A stretch of 64,000 bases of DNA from an uncultured delta proteobacterium (GCA_963798485.1 CAWCTR010000022.1:64001-128000), one strand, 5' to 3'; positions 30,413 to 40,205 are shown, counted from the stretch's first letter. Translations and numbers: made by a program. The notes: generated by a model not told the origin, from the letters alone.

Positions 30413-30938
30413 AGATCGCAAGGTTCAGAACATGCTTCGCACTCTTTTGCGAGATGATCCGGGCTAACTCAAAGGGTTGTGCGAGTTCAGGCGTGCCGGC
30501 GGTAAAAAGGTAATACAGCCTCCCTCTTGGTTTGAGGATCTTCAGACAGACATCTACTAAAGTGCTCAGAGGTGAAAACGACCGGGCGAGGAGGGCATCG
30601 AATCGCCCGATATCATCATGGAGGGGGTCATTGGGGAGGATCTCCACACCAGTAAGATTAAGTGATTCGATTGTATGCTGCAAGAAGGTGCATTTCTTGA
30701 CGGATCGCTCAATCAGGCAGATATGCGAGTCCGGATGGAGGATTTTATACGGGATTGCAGGAAGCCCTGATCCTGAGCCAAGATCGGCAAGGACAGGTTC
30801 TTCTATCCGCCTGAGCAGCGGCAGCATGACTTCAAGCTCATCTCCAATCCCTCTAAGCATGGAAGGCCCCATCAGATGGAGCTTGTCGTTATAACGCCTC
30901 AACTCACTGATCCATGTGTTAAGCTTCTCGTCCATCAT
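30396..30938 (-). CDS. rsmG: 16S rRNA m7G527 methyltransferase RsmG (GidB)
   Basis: DLGSGSGLPAIP, IER..KK..FL, ARSF; follows mnmE. Confidence 0.85.
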   Translation of the reverse strand: MMDEKLNTWISELRRYNDKLHLMGPSMLRGIGDELEVMLPLLRRIEEPVLADLGSGSGLPAIPYKILHPDSHICLIERSVKKCTFLQHTIESLNLTGVEILPNDPLHDDIGRFDALLARSFSPLSTLVDVCLKILKPRGRLYYLFTAGTPELAQPFELARIISQKSAKHVLNLAIFNRLA

Positions 30939-32245
30939 TTCCCGATGCAGAAACGGGAGAATATCCGCTCAAGGATGTCTTCATCAGCGGTCTCGCCGGT
31001 CATTTGCCTGAGATGATCCAATGCATGCTTCAGATCGATAGTGAGCACATCCGGGGTTAAACCTTCCCGGATGGTCTTCAGGCAGGAGTTAAGGCTGTCA
31101 AGGGCCTTGCCAAGGAGATATGCGTGCCTGTCCAAGAACACCAACGGCTGGTCGTGGGGGAATGCCCTCCTCATGGCGGTTAACAATTCGTCAAGGCCGT
31201 GAGCGAATTTTGCCGAGATGCATACTGTATCATACCCCGGGGCAGGATTAACCGCTCCTTCAACAAGATCCTTCTTATTCATTACCACGATAGTCTTGTC
31301 CGCCAGGTCCAGCCACTGTCTTTCATGGGGTTTGATCCCTTCACGGGCGTCCACTACATAAAGGACAAGGTTTGATGACTTCAAGGTCTCAATGGTCTTT
31401 TCCACCCCGATCCGTTCAGGTCCTGATGTAGTTTCCCTGATTCCGGCGGTGTCGTGGAATACGAAGTCTATGCCGTCCAGATTCAGATGCTCGCTGATGA
31501 CATCCCGGGTCGTTCCTTCCTCGTGGTGAACAATGGCCCTGTTATATCCAAGGATAGCGTTGAAGAGCGATGACTTGCCCACATTGGGCAGGCCTGCAAT
31601 GGTTGTTACAAGACCTTCATAGATCCCCTTGGCCTCTGTAGCGTCCTTGAGAAGCCCTGAGATCCGTGACGTGATATCGGTAAGCTTCTCGATCAGTACA
31701 TCTTGCCGGATGGATTCATCCTCAATGATAAAAGATGCCTCAATATCCGCGAGAAGCCCCATGATAACCTCGACTATAGCCTTGATCCGGCCTGAAAGCT
31801 CGCCTTTCAGCAGTGCATGCGCCATCTCGCAGCCTGCAGGGCTTGAAGAGCCGATCAGTGCGCCGACGGCCTCGGCCTGGACCAGGTCCATCTTGTGGTT
31901 TAAAAAGGCCCTCCTGGTGAATTCTCCCTTCTGCGCCAGGCGCGCAAGGCCGGTCGATGAGATCGTTCCCATGATACTGTTTACCACCAGCGGGTTGCCG
32001 TGGCAGCTTATTTCGGCCAGGTCTTCTCCGGTATATGAGTCGGGGCCGGGGTGGAACACGATCATAGTCTGGTCTATGACAGCACCCTTGCTATCTTTAA
32101 TGAGTTCGAGGGACTGGGTGTGGGGCGCACGCTTATGGCTCGGAGAGATCCTTATAATAATATCGCGGGTATGCACTCCGCTTATACGGATAATGCTGAT
32201 GGCGCCGTGACCTCGTGGGGTCGACTCGGCATAGATGGTGTCTAT
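30935..32245 (-). CDS. mnmE: tRNA modification GTPase MnmE; apparent non-canonical start
   Basis: SYTGED..EISCHG, GEFTRRAF, G.PNVGKSS, GTTRD, DTAG, FCIGK. The conserved N-terminus IDTIYAESTPRGHGAISIIRISG lies upstream of the track's GTG (32176) and is preceded by no in-frame ATG/GTG/TTG. Confidence 0.93.
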   Translation of the reverse strand: MDTIYAESTPRGHGAISIIRISGVHTRDIIIRISPSHKRAPHTQSLELIKDSKGAVIDQTMIVFHPGPDSYTGEDLAEISCHGNPLVVNSIMGTISSTGLARLAQKGEFTRRAFLNHKMDLVQAEAVGALIGSSSPAGCEMAHALLKGELSGRIKAIVEVIMGLLADIEASFIIEDESIRQDVLIEKLTDITSRISGLLKDATEAKGIYEGLVTTIAGLPNVGKSSLFNAILGYNRAIVHHEEGTTRDVISEHLNLDGIDFVFHDTAGIRETTSGPERIGVEKTIETLKSSNLVLYVVDAREGIKPHERQWLDLADKTIVVMNKKDLVEGAVNPAPGYDTVCISAKFAHGLDELLTAMRRAFPHDQPLVFLDRHAYLLGKALDSLNSCLKTIREGLTPDVLTIDLKHALDHLRQMTGETADEDILERIFSRFCIGK

Positions 32246-32982
32246 TACCGTCTCGATGCCTTCCTCGGTACAATGATCACCTTTTTATAAATACCCTCGC
32301 CTATACTCTTGGTAGAAAGCCCGTTCTCGTTCTTGAGGGCAAGATGGATGATCCTGCGGTCATAGGGGTTCATCTTTTCCAGAGAGATGGCCTGGCTGGT
32401 GCGCTTGGCCTTTTGCCCCATCCGGAGTGCCATGGACTTGAGATAGTTCACATGCCTTTGGCGGTACCCTTCCGTGTCCAGGGTGATAAACACCGGTTCG
32501 GGCCTCGACTTGTTGACGATCCGGTTGAGGAGGAACTGCAAAGAATCCAGCGTTTGTCCGCGTTTGCCTATTATCAGCCCGGAACCGTCACCCATGATCT
32601 CCAGGAGACCTTCTTCGCTGATCTTTACCTCGCCGGGCATGTTCATCAGCCTCAAGAGGTCACTGACGACCCCCTGGGCTTCGAGAAGTATTTCCTGCGA
32701 TGGCGCCTGGGATTCGCTACGAGGTTCCCGCTTAGGCTCTGTAGAAGCTGCCGGGGCTGTTTTAATCTCCTCATCGATGATTCTTTTGGATTTTGAGCCG
32801 GCCTTTCCATGCCTGACCCGTATCTTGGCGGTTTTGGTCCCAACGATGCCGAACAGACCCTTGGAGCCCTCGGAGACGACCTTGATGTCGAGGTCTTCGA
32901 AATCGGCATGTAAGGTCTTCATGGCAAGGATAACGGCCTCGTCTACGGTCTTGGCTTCAAATTCTCGGTAATCCTCTTCCAT
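32245..32982 (-). CDS. jag: RNA-binding protein Jag/KhpB (Jag_N, KH, R3H)
   Basis: KTVDEA, IIGKRGQTLDSLQ (KH), DRRIIH (R3H). Confidence 0.93.
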   Translation of the reverse strand: MEEDYREFEAKTVDEAVILAMKTLHADFEDLDIKVVSEGSKGLFGIVGTKTAKIRVRHGKAGSKSKRIIDEEIKTAPAASTEPKREPRSESQAPSQEILLEAQGVVSDLLRLMNMPGEVKISEEGLLEIMGDGSGLIIGKRGQTLDSLQFLLNRIVNKSRPEPVFITLDTEGYRQRHVNYLKSMALRMGQKAKRTSQAISLEKMNPYDRRIIHLALKNENGLSTKSIGEGIYKKVIIVPRKASRR

Positions 32983-32991
32983 TCTTCTCTC

Positions 32992-34584
32992 CTATGCGTG
33001 TTTCCTGTTTATGTAGGCCTGCTGGGCAATCGAGAGGATATTGCTTACAAGCCAGTATATGACCAGGCCGGAGGGGAAGTTCAGGAACATGAAGGTAAAG
33101 ACAACCGGCATAATGAGCATGATCTTCTGCTGGGTAGGGTCGCCGGTTGTAGGCGTCATCTTCTGCATTAAAAACTGGCTCGCCCCCATGAGGATCGGGG
33201 TGATGTAGTAGGGATCGCTGGCTGAAAGGTCGGGGAGCCATGTGCCGAAAATATGGAACGGGGTGTGTCTGAGTTCGATGGCCTGGTAGAACAACCGGTA
33301 AAGGGCAAAGAGGATGGGGATCTGCAGGAGCATTGGCAGGCACCCGCCCATGGGATTGATCTTGTGCTCCTTGTAGAGCCGCATGAGCTCCTGGTTCAGC
33401 TTCTGCTTGTCGTCCTTGTACTGCTGCTGGATTTCCTTCATGAGCGGCTGGATCTTCTGGAGCTCCTTCATGGAGGTGAAGCTCTTGAGCGTTAAGGGAT
33501 AGAGCAGTATCTTGATCATGATGGTCAGGATGATGATGGTCCATCCATAGCTCCCCACGGATTTATGGATCCAGTTCATGGCGAAGAGCAGCGGCTTGGC
33601 GATGATATCGAAGAAACCGAAATCCAGGGCCTTGTTCAAATTGTAACCGACGGCCTCTAAAGGTTTCAGCTCCTTAGGGCCCAGGAAGATGAGGTTGTCC
33701 TTGATCAGGGATGAACCGGCGGCAATAGTGGCTGGTGCATAGGCGTAGTGGAGTTCCACTTTCGCCTCGCTGGTACGCCTGATGATGAGCGTGGTGCTTG
33801 AAGGTGTCTTGGGAATAACGGCCTGGAGGAAGTACTTGTCCTCAAATCCGAACCACTGGATCTCGCCGGCAAAATCCCTATAGCTCCCGATTGTTTTAAC
33901 CTTGTCCAGCTTGAATTCCTCAAGGTGCTTGCCGTATAGCAAGACCGGGCCTTCAAAGGCGTATCCGCCCCGTTTCTCATCGACCGGATAGGTTTTATCG
34001 AACAGGAGTTCTTCCGAGATGGCAGTAGGGGATGAGGTATGGTTCTCGATAACGGCCTGGTACCCCATCAGATAGGTCTTGGGGTCTAGGGTGAAAACCT
34101 TTTTCAGGGTTATGCCTGGCGATGCCTGGCTACTGAACTCAATGACCTGTGGTTTGTCGGCAAGTGTTATGGTTGCCTGCAGGGATGATTCATACACAAG
34201 GCCGGCATCCGAGAACCCTCCTGAAAGCAGAATATTCGGCATGGGTGCCTTGATGATCTCCACCGGCATTGCATCCTTGGCCATGGTGGTCAGGTATTTC
34301 TTCAATTTCAGAGAGACGAGCTGGGCGCCTTTGGTGTTGAATGTGGCAGTATACAGGGGTGTATCTATGATGATGGCTTTGCCTGCCTTGTCCGCGGTTT
34401 GCGGGGCTGCAGCAGAGGAGGCATCCAGGGGTTTGGGCGCCAGCGCCGGCTGGCTTGGCGCAGCAGCCTGGGGTGCCGGCTTCGGCTCCGGTGCGGTTTT
34501 TATCTTTGTCTGGTCAAACAGTATGCCCCAGCCGAACAGAATGGCCATTGATAAAACGATGGCAAGCAGGGTCCTTTTTTCCAT
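32992..34584 (-). CDS. yidC: Membrane protein insertase YidC
   Basis: GPK, DFG.F, NPMGGCLPMLLQIP, PSGLVIYW. Confidence 0.96.
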   Translation of the reverse strand: MEKRTLLAIVLSMAILFGWGILFDQTKIKTAPEPKPAPQAAAPSQPALAPKPLDASSAAAPQTADKAGKAIIIDTPLYTATFNTKGAQLVSLKLKKYLTTMAKDAMPVEIIKAPMPNILLSGGFSDAGLVYESSLQATITLADKPQVIEFSSQASPGITLKKVFTLDPKTYLMGYQAVIENHTSSPTAISEELLFDKTYPVDEKRGGYAFEGPVLLYGKHLEEFKLDKVKTIGSYRDFAGEIQWFGFEDKYFLQAVIPKTPSSTTLIIRRTSEAKVELHYAYAPATIAAGSSLIKDNLIFLGPKELKPLEAVGYNLNKALDFGFFDIIAKPLLFAMNWIHKSVGSYGWTIIILTIMIKILLYPLTLKSFTSMKELQKIQPLMKEIQQQYKDDKQKLNQELMRLYKEHKINPMGGCLPMLLQIPILFALYRLFYQAIELRHTPFHIFGTWLPDLSASDPYYITPILMGASQFLMQKMTPTTGDPTQQKIMLIMPVVFTFMFLNFPSGLVIYWLVSNILSIAQQAYINRKHA

Positions 34585-34608
34585 TTCGTCTTCATCTCCA
34601 GATAAGTA

Positions 34609-34818
34609 TTACACAGGATCGAATCCGCCTTTGTGAAACGGGTTGCAGCGAAGCACCCTCCATGCCGCCTTCAGGAGACCTCGTACAGGGCCGTGCTTGG
34701 CAATGGCCTGTGCTGCATATTCAGAGCAGCTTGGATAAAATCTGCACGAAGGCCTGAACATCGGGGAGATAACCTTCTGGTAGAGACGTATCAGTGTAAT
34801 GAGTAAGGCTTTTCCCAT
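34609..34818 (-). CDS. yidD: Membrane protein insertion efficiency factor YidD
   Basis: [20 protein letters not shown]. Confidence 0.96.
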   Translation of the reverse strand: MGKALLITLIRLYQKVISPMFRPSCRFYPSCSEYAAQAIAKHGPVRGLLKAAWRVLRCNPFHKGGFDPV

Positions 34819-35159
34819 GTGTAAGATCCAATGGCCTTTGTTAACTCCCCAATGAGGTCGTGGTAACCGGTGTCCGCCATGCCGTTTTTTGCGATCAGGA
34901 TATAATCATGGCCTTGAGGAAACAGATGTTTGTTTCTTCTGTATATCTCTCGCAAGAGCCTTTTTACCCTGTTTCTAACGACCGCGTCCCCGATTTTCTT
35001 GCTCGCAGTTAATCCAACACGAACGCGGGGCAGATCGTTTGGAGCAGCGAGGATGACCAGGTGTTTGGTGACCAGTCTCGCAACCTTGTTCTTCTCAGCC
35101 CGTTTGAATTCAATCCGTTTTCTCAGCCGCTCAGCTCGGGGGAATTTCTCGTCCGGCAT
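34791..35159 (-). CDS. rnpA: Ribonuclease P protein component
   Basis: [23 protein letters not shown]. Confidence 0.95.
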   Translation of the reverse strand: MPDEKFPRAERLRKRIEFKRAEKNKVARLVTKHLVILAAPNDLPRVRVGLTASKKIGDAVVRNRVKRLLREIYRRNKHLFPQGHDYILIAKNGMADTGYHDLIGELTKAIGSYTWEKPYSLH

Positions 35160-35293
35160 CAGACTGACAGACGTTTCCTTCCCTTGGCCCTCCTCCGGTT
35201 GATGACGAGCCTTCCACCCTTGGTGCGCATACGAATCAGGAATCCGTGCGTACGTTTCCGCCTTGTATTGTGCGGTTGAAATGTGCGCTTCAT
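35159..35293 (-). CDS. rpmH: 50S ribosomal protein L34
   Basis: Below the ORF-track size cutoff; read manually as [44 protein letters not shown]. Confidence 0.97.
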   Translation of the reverse strand: MKRTFQPHNTRRKRTHGFLIRMRTKGGRLVINRRRAKGRKRLSV

Positions 35294-35329
35294 GAATTAC
35301 CTCAATTTCTTATAGTTTTGAGCGGTAAG

Positions 35330-35358
35330 TATTTACATGCAGGGTAGGCCAATGTCAA
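35330..35358 (-). promoter_or_regulatory. Sigma70-type promoter of the rpmH operon
   Basis: Minus strand TTGACA-N17-TAAATA. Confidence 0.55.
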
Positions 35359-35402
35359 GCAACAAAAGGCCCCCCTAGCCTTCTCCTTGTCAGACACCGC
35401 CT

Positions 35403-36092
35403 TTGTACGCTATAGCTCAAATCATGCAAAAAGTGTTTTGCAAACGCGAGGTGACCAATGGTCTGGACAGGGGCCCTTATGCTGTGGCAGCCAGGCTCGC
35501 CGAGCTCCTGCCCGGCAGCCGTATTGTCTGCCTGGCGCAGATTCATTCGGACAGGATCGTCAGGGCCGAGGATATAGCCCCCGGGGTATTTCCGGAGGCG
35601 GACGCGGTCATTTCTCTCGACCCGTCAAAAGTCCTGTGCATCCGCACTGCCGACTGCGTGCCGCTGCTCATGTGGGCCGAGGACGCGCCGATAATCGCTG
35701 CCGTTCATGCCGGATGGAAAGGGCTCGCCAAGGGGATCGTCTCCAAGACGGTGGGTTGCATGCGCGCAGAAGGCGCACAGCATATCCATGTGAGCATGGG
35801 GCCATGCATAGGGCCGTGCTGCTATGCCGTGGGATCTGAGGTCTTTGCCGCCCTTGAGGCAGTACCTGAACGCACCCTCGATGGGAGACCTTCTGTGGAT
35901 CTGCACCGTGTCGCTACCCTCCAGGCCAAAGACGCAGGCGTATCGCCTGATATGATACACCAGGTGCCGGCCTGCACATGCTGTAACAGTGACTCATTCT
36001 TTTCCTACCGGAGGGAAGGGGAGCATACAGGCAGGAACATCTCGCTTATCGGAGGACAGGCATGCTCGTTGCCGGGCTTACAGGCTCTATAG
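35403..36092 (+). CDS. pgeF: PgeF/YfiH (laccase-domain, purine nucleoside phosphorylase) family protein
   Basis: QIHS, TADCVP, HAGWKG, GP.IGPCCY, FFSYRR. Confidence 0.88.
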   Translation: MYAIAQIMQKVFCKREVTNGLDRGPYAVAARLAELLPGSRIVCLAQIHSDRIVRAEDIAPGVFPEADAVISLDPSKVLCIRTADCVPLLMWAEDAPIIAAVHAGWKGLAKGIVSKTVGCMRAEGAQHIHVSMGPCIGPCCYAVGSEVFAALEAVPERTLDGRPSVDLHRVATLQAKDAGVSPDMIHQVPACTCCNSDSFFSYRREGEHTGRNISLIGGQACSLPGLQAL

Positions 36093-36679
36093 CCACAGGG
36101 AAATCCACAGTTTCGGGCATCCTGAAGGAACTTGGCGCATTCATCGTGGATGCAGACCGCGCAGCCCACGAGGTAGTTCTTCCCGGTACCAAGGCCTGGA
36201 ATGAGATCGCGAGGATCTTCGGCAAGGAAATCCTGCAGAAATCCGGTGAGATAGATCGGGAGCGCTTGGGCCGTATCATATTCAACGATTCAGCCATGCG
36301 GGGCATCCTCGAAGAGGTGGTCCACCCGGAGGTTATGCGGGCCATGGATGAGCAGATCGGCTCCATCAAGTCGGGTTTTCCCGATGCAGTAGTGATCCTT
36401 GACGTACCACTGCTCATCGAGACAGGCATGTACAAGGGGCTCCGTGAGGTCATCGTGGTGTACTGCCCTGAAGACATGCAGATAACTCGGCTCATGGTCA
36501 GGGATAAGATCAGCCGGGAAGAGGCCCTCGCAAAAGTCCGCGCCCAGATATCCATCGAGGAGAAGAGGCGCTATGCAACACTGCTCATCGACAACAGCGC
36601 TTCAAAGGACAATACCACAAAGCAGGCGAAGAACGCCTATGATCGGTTCAAAGAAAAGGCGGGAGAGGTTAAGGGGTAA
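36062..36679 (+). CDS. coaE: Dephospho-CoA kinase
   Basis: GLTGSIATGKSTV, IDR..LG..IF, DVPLLIE. Confidence 0.95.
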   Translation: MLVAGLTGSIATGKSTVSGILKELGAFIVDADRAAHEVVLPGTKAWNEIARIFGKEILQKSGEIDRERLGRIIFNDSAMRGILEEVVHPEVMRAMDEQIGSIKSGFPDAVVILDVPLLIETGMYKGLREVIVVYCPEDMQITRLMVRDKISREEALAKVRAQISIEEKRRYATLLIDNSASKDNTTKQAKNAYDRFKEKAGEVKG

Positions 36680-36721
36680 AGGATAGATTTTTAGTTTGGC
36701 CGAAAAATCGAGGCATCCCTT

Positions 36722-37624
36722 TTATCGCTTGACGGGCTGTTTGGCAGGGGGGGCTACGGTCTTTTTCACCTCTATCGGAGGTTTTGCCGACAATCCGGCA
36801 TCCAGGAGTTCTTTGTCAAGATCCGACAATTCATCGGCTTCTATGGCTTCGGCCTTTGGCTGCTCAATATCCTCAGTGGTTATCCCCTGTGCTGCCATCT
36901 CTTTGACGATGAGTGCCTGAAAACTCTTGGCGTCCCTGAAATGCGGATTTATCTCAAGGGCCTTTTTCAGCCATGCCAGGGCATTATTCCATTCCTTTAT
37001 GTCATAATATATCCGCACTATATTGAAATAGAGGTGCTCGTCTTTGGGTGAGATGGTAATGGCCTTCTGGTAGTTTGCCAGGGCCTCTTCCAGCATGTTG
37101 GCCTTCCTCAGTTCTATCCCGAACTCATTGAAGATGTGTTTGTTATCCTCTTCGAAGATGGCCTCGACCTCGGAGAGCTTCCTGAACACGTCCTTTGCCT
37201 TGGCGGTATCACCCATCTCCATGTACAGGGTCCCTATGCCGAAGTTGGCCCTGATGCTTTCGGGGTCTATCTTCAATGCATAGGTATATTCGAACTCGGC
37301 CGAATAGAGCTCGCCCCGGGCCCTTTGTTTTTCAGCCACGGCAACATGCCGGTCGTGCTCAGCCTCATCTTTTGTCTTTACCCGGTAGTTGGGTTCAAAG
37401 GTATATCGTTTCAGAAACTCGTCATAGGCGATCTCTATGACAATGCCGGTGGGTTTTCCTTCGTTGCCCAGGAAGGTAAGCTTGACCTTTCCATTATCAA
37501 TCTGTTCGGCCTGGCAATAGTTTTTCATCTTCTGGGTCTTCTGGGTATGACCGGTCCCCAGGGTAATGGTGGCTTCCTCGAAAAAAATCCCTTGGATTTT
37601 CCTCACATATTTTGATTGGGCCAT
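36722..37624 (-). CDS. Tetratricopeptide-repeat protein
   Basis: Several TPR motifs (RANFGIG, IFNEFGI.LRK, HLYFNI.R). Confidence 0.8.
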   Translation of the reverse strand: MAQSKYVRKIQGIFFEEATITLGTGHTQKTQKMKNYCQAEQIDNGKVKLTFLGNEGKPTGIVIEIAYDEFLKRYTFEPNYRVKTKDEAEHDRHVAVAEKQRARGELYSAEFEYTYALKIDPESIRANFGIGTLYMEMGDTAKAKDVFRKLSEVEAIFEEDNKHIFNEFGIELRKANMLEEALANYQKAITISPKDEHLYFNIVRIYYDIKEWNNALAWLKKALEINPHFRDAKSFQALIVKEMAAQGITTEDIEQPKAEAIEADELSDLDKELLDAGLSAKPPIEVKKTVAPPAKQPVKR

Positions 37625-37633
37625 ATTTTTTTA

Positions 37634-37661
37634 CTATCGGTTTTTCATGGGGAGAAGTTTA
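37634..37661 (-). promoter_or_regulatory. Sigma28-like promoter of the TPR gene (near-leaderless)
   Basis: Minus strand TAAA-N17-CCGATAG, only 9 nt before the ATG at 37624. Confidence 0.6.
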
Positions 37662-37749
37662 CATATAACCATGATCAGAACCGGGTGTTGACGCATGGGT
37701 AGGTAATATGGCAACCCTATGAGGTATCACGTACAGGGTAAGGGGGGGT

Positions 37750-38559
37750 GTGATGAAACCAATCGGCTTTATCGGCGCAGGCAATATGGCAGAGGCGATT
37801 ATCTCCGGACTGATAAAGAAAGCCCTGATAACCCCCCAAGAAATCATGGTATTCGACATCAAACCGGAACGTATGGACCACCTGAGGATGGTCTTCGGCA
37901 TCGAATGTGCCGCATCCGTACAGGGGCTTGTCAACTCGCGGGAGATCATAATCCTGGCCGTCAAGCCCGACCAGATCACGACCCTGCTGAAAGGCATCAA
38001 GGGCTCCCTTGCCGGGAAGCTCATTATCAGCATTGCAGCCGGTGTAACATTAAAAAGCATGCTCGATGTACTGGGCTCAGAGGCCAAGATAGTGAGGGTG
38101 ATGCCCAATACTCCGGCACTGGTGCTCCAAGGCGCCACCGTACTTGCGGCATCATCATCGTGCACGGAGGAGGAAAAAGGGATTGCAAAGGCGGTCTTCT
38201 TCGCTGTGGGTATATGCCTTGAGATGGAAGAGAAATTCATCAATGCGGTCACGGCCCTTTCAGGTTCGGGCCCGGCATTCTGCTTTTTGTTCCTGGAGGC
38301 AATGTGCGATGGGGCGGTAAAGGCCGGTCTGCCGAGAGATGTGGCCTTACAGCTTGCAGCGGCGACCATGAAGGGGGCCGGTGCAATGGTCCTCGAACTT
38401 GGGAAGCACCCGGGCCAGCTCAAGGACATGGTAACCTCTCCTTCAGGCACAACCATAGAGGGGATCTCCGTTCTGGAATCCAAGGGCTTCCGCTCAGCGG
38501 TGATAGAGGCCCTCACCGCTGCCTATAAAAGGGCTGAGGTCATGTCGGGGAAGGGTTGA
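37750..38559 (+). CDS. proC: Pyrroline-5-carboxylate reductase
   Basis: IGFIGAGNM, LAVKP, RVMPNTP, SGSGPA, VTSPSGTT. Confidence 0.96.
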   Translation: MMKPIGFIGAGNMAEAIISGLIKKALITPQEIMVFDIKPERMDHLRMVFGIECAASVQGLVNSREIIILAVKPDQITTLLKGIKGSLAGKLIISIAAGVTLKSMLDVLGSEAKIVRVMPNTPALVLQGATVLAASSSCTEEEKGIAKAVFFAVGICLEMEEKFINAVTALSGSGPAFCFLFLEAMCDGAVKAGLPRDVALQLAAATMKGAGAMVLELGKHPGQLKDMVTSPSGTTIEGISVLESKGFRSAVIEALTAAYKRAEVMSGKG

Positions 38560-38569
38560 TATTCCTTAA

Positions 38570-39223
38570 TTAATACACCTTCGAATTCTTGATGATCTCC
38601 ACGGCGTCTTTCGACGAGTCTACAAGGGTAAAGATGGACCTGTCTTCAGGCAGTATCATGCCTTCCTTCAGCATGGTGTCCTCGATCCATTCAAGCAGGC
38701 CGGCCCAATATTGTGAACCTATCATGATCACCGGGAAGGGCTTGAGCTTGTCGGTCTGGATCAGGGTGAGGGCCTCGAAGAGCTCGTCCATGGTCCCGAA
38801 CCCGCCGGGGAAGATGACATAGCTCATGGCATACTTGACGAACATGACCTTGCGCACGAAGAAGTAACGGAAGTTGAGGTGAATGGTGGTATAGGGATTG
38901 GACTTCTGTTCAAAGGGCAGGACGATATTCAGCCCCACTGTCTGCCCTCCGGCCTCATACGCCCCTTTGTTCGCCGCCTCCATGATGCCCGGGCCGCCGC
39001 CTGTTATTACTGAGAATCCTTCATTGGCCAGCATCCGTCCAAGCTCTTCGGCCATGGTATAGTACTTGTCTCCGGGTTTTGACCTGGCGGAGCCGAAGAT
39101 GGTGACGGCAGGCTCCAGGGGGGACAGCTGCTCGATGCCGTCCACGAACTCGGCCATGACCCTGAAAACCCTCCACGATTCCTGTGGTTTGATCTGGTCA
39201 ATGATATATTTCTCGTTCTTCAT
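38570..39223 (-). CDS. LOG-family (TIGR00730-like) nucleotide phosphoribohydrolase
   Basis: FGSAR, TGGGPGIMEA, RKVMF, PGGFGTMDE. Confidence 0.92.
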   Translation of the reverse strand: MKNEKYIIDQIKPQESWRVFRVMAEFVDGIEQLSPLEPAVTIFGSARSKPGDKYYTMAEELGRMLANEGFSVITGGGPGIMEAANKGAYEAGGQTVGLNIVLPFEQKSNPYTTIHLNFRYFFVRKVMFVKYAMSYVIFPGGFGTMDELFEALTLIQTDKLKPFPVIMIGSQYWAGLLEWIEDTMLKEGMILPEDRSIFTLVDSSKDAVEIIKNSKVY

Positions 39224-39259
39224 TTGTTCGCTCCTTACAAGGATTCACAATCAATTGCC

Positions 39260-39287
39260 TTATCGGCACCCTGAGTGGTAGGATTTA
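39260..39287 (-). promoter_or_regulatory. Sigma28-like promoter of the LOG gene
   Basis: Minus strand TAAA-N17-CCGATAA, with a perfect GCCGATAA -10. Confidence 0.65.
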
Positions 39288-39293
39288 CCTGCC

Positions 39294-40166
39294 GTGTACG
39301 ACCTCCACATCCATACATCACATTCTTCGGACGGGCAATACGGGCCCGGCGAAATCATGCGCATGGCCAGGGCATGCAATCTGACAGGCCTGGCCTTCAC
39401 GGATCACATGGACACCTCTGCCGTGGCCGAAGGTATGAGCCTGGCCCCTGCATACGGGCTGAATTTTATTTCCGGTGTGGAGCTCTCGACCGTTCTCTAT
39501 GGCCGGGAATATCACCTCCTGGTCTATGGGTTCGACCCGGATAATGCGATAATAAAAGGATTTCTTGAGCAACACTGCCGGGCCATCTGGGATAAGGCCA
39601 TTGAGATACTCAAGGTATTCACTCAGATGGGTTTTGATATCAGGAAGGACGATGTCAAGGCATGGGGCCTCTCGGTGCCAACCGGGGTGACCTTTCTCAA
39701 TGCGCTGGTCAAAAGGAACCAAGGGGACAAGAGGCTTCAGGAGTACATCAGTGGGCACAAGGCGTCCTCCCCGTATCTGAACTTTTATAAGGATTATGCC
39801 CTCAGTGATATCGGAACCATGGTACGCTCCGCCTTGCCCGATCTCATAGAGACCATGCGGCTGCTTAAGGGCTCCGGCGTGTTCATCCTCGCCCATCCTG
39901 ATAACACGGATACGGCAATCCTGAAGGAGCTGAAGGGTGAAGGCCTTTGCGGGATCGAGGCCTACAGTACGCATCACACCGAGAGGACAATGGAGCACCT
40001 TGTGGAAGAGGCCAGGTCGTTGGACCTGATGGTAAGCTCGGGATCCGATTTTCACGGAGAGCTTATCAAGCCGGGCATCGGTCTCGGTGATTCATCCCTT
40101 AAGCCTGATGATGAGCTCATCATTATGCTTCAGGGAAGACAGGGAAATAAGGTGATAGGTTCTTGA
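39294..40166 (+). CDS. PHP-domain phosphoesterase (TrpH/YciV-like)
   Basis: DLHIHT..SDG, TDH, GVELS, LAHP, GSDFHG. Confidence 0.9.
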   Translation: MYDLHIHTSHSSDGQYGPGEIMRMARACNLTGLAFTDHMDTSAVAEGMSLAPAYGLNFISGVELSTVLYGREYHLLVYGFDPDNAIIKGFLEQHCRAIWDKAIEILKVFTQMGFDIRKDDVKAWGLSVPTGVTFLNALVKRNQGDKRLQEYISGHKASSPYLNFYKDYALSDIGTMVRSALPDLIETMRLLKGSGVFILAHPDNTDTAILKELKGEGLCGIEAYSTHHTERTMEHLVEEARSLDLMVSSGSDFHGELIKPGIGLGDSSLKPDDELIIMLQGRQGNKVIGS

Positions 40167-40205
40167 GTCGGTGCCCTTTACAGACCGTGTGCGTCCGCCC
40201 ACATT

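Noticed and set aside
35294-35402. Possible oriC upstream of rpmH
   Set aside because: Only ~110 bp, no TTATCCACA-like boxes and no adjacent dnaA or dnaN
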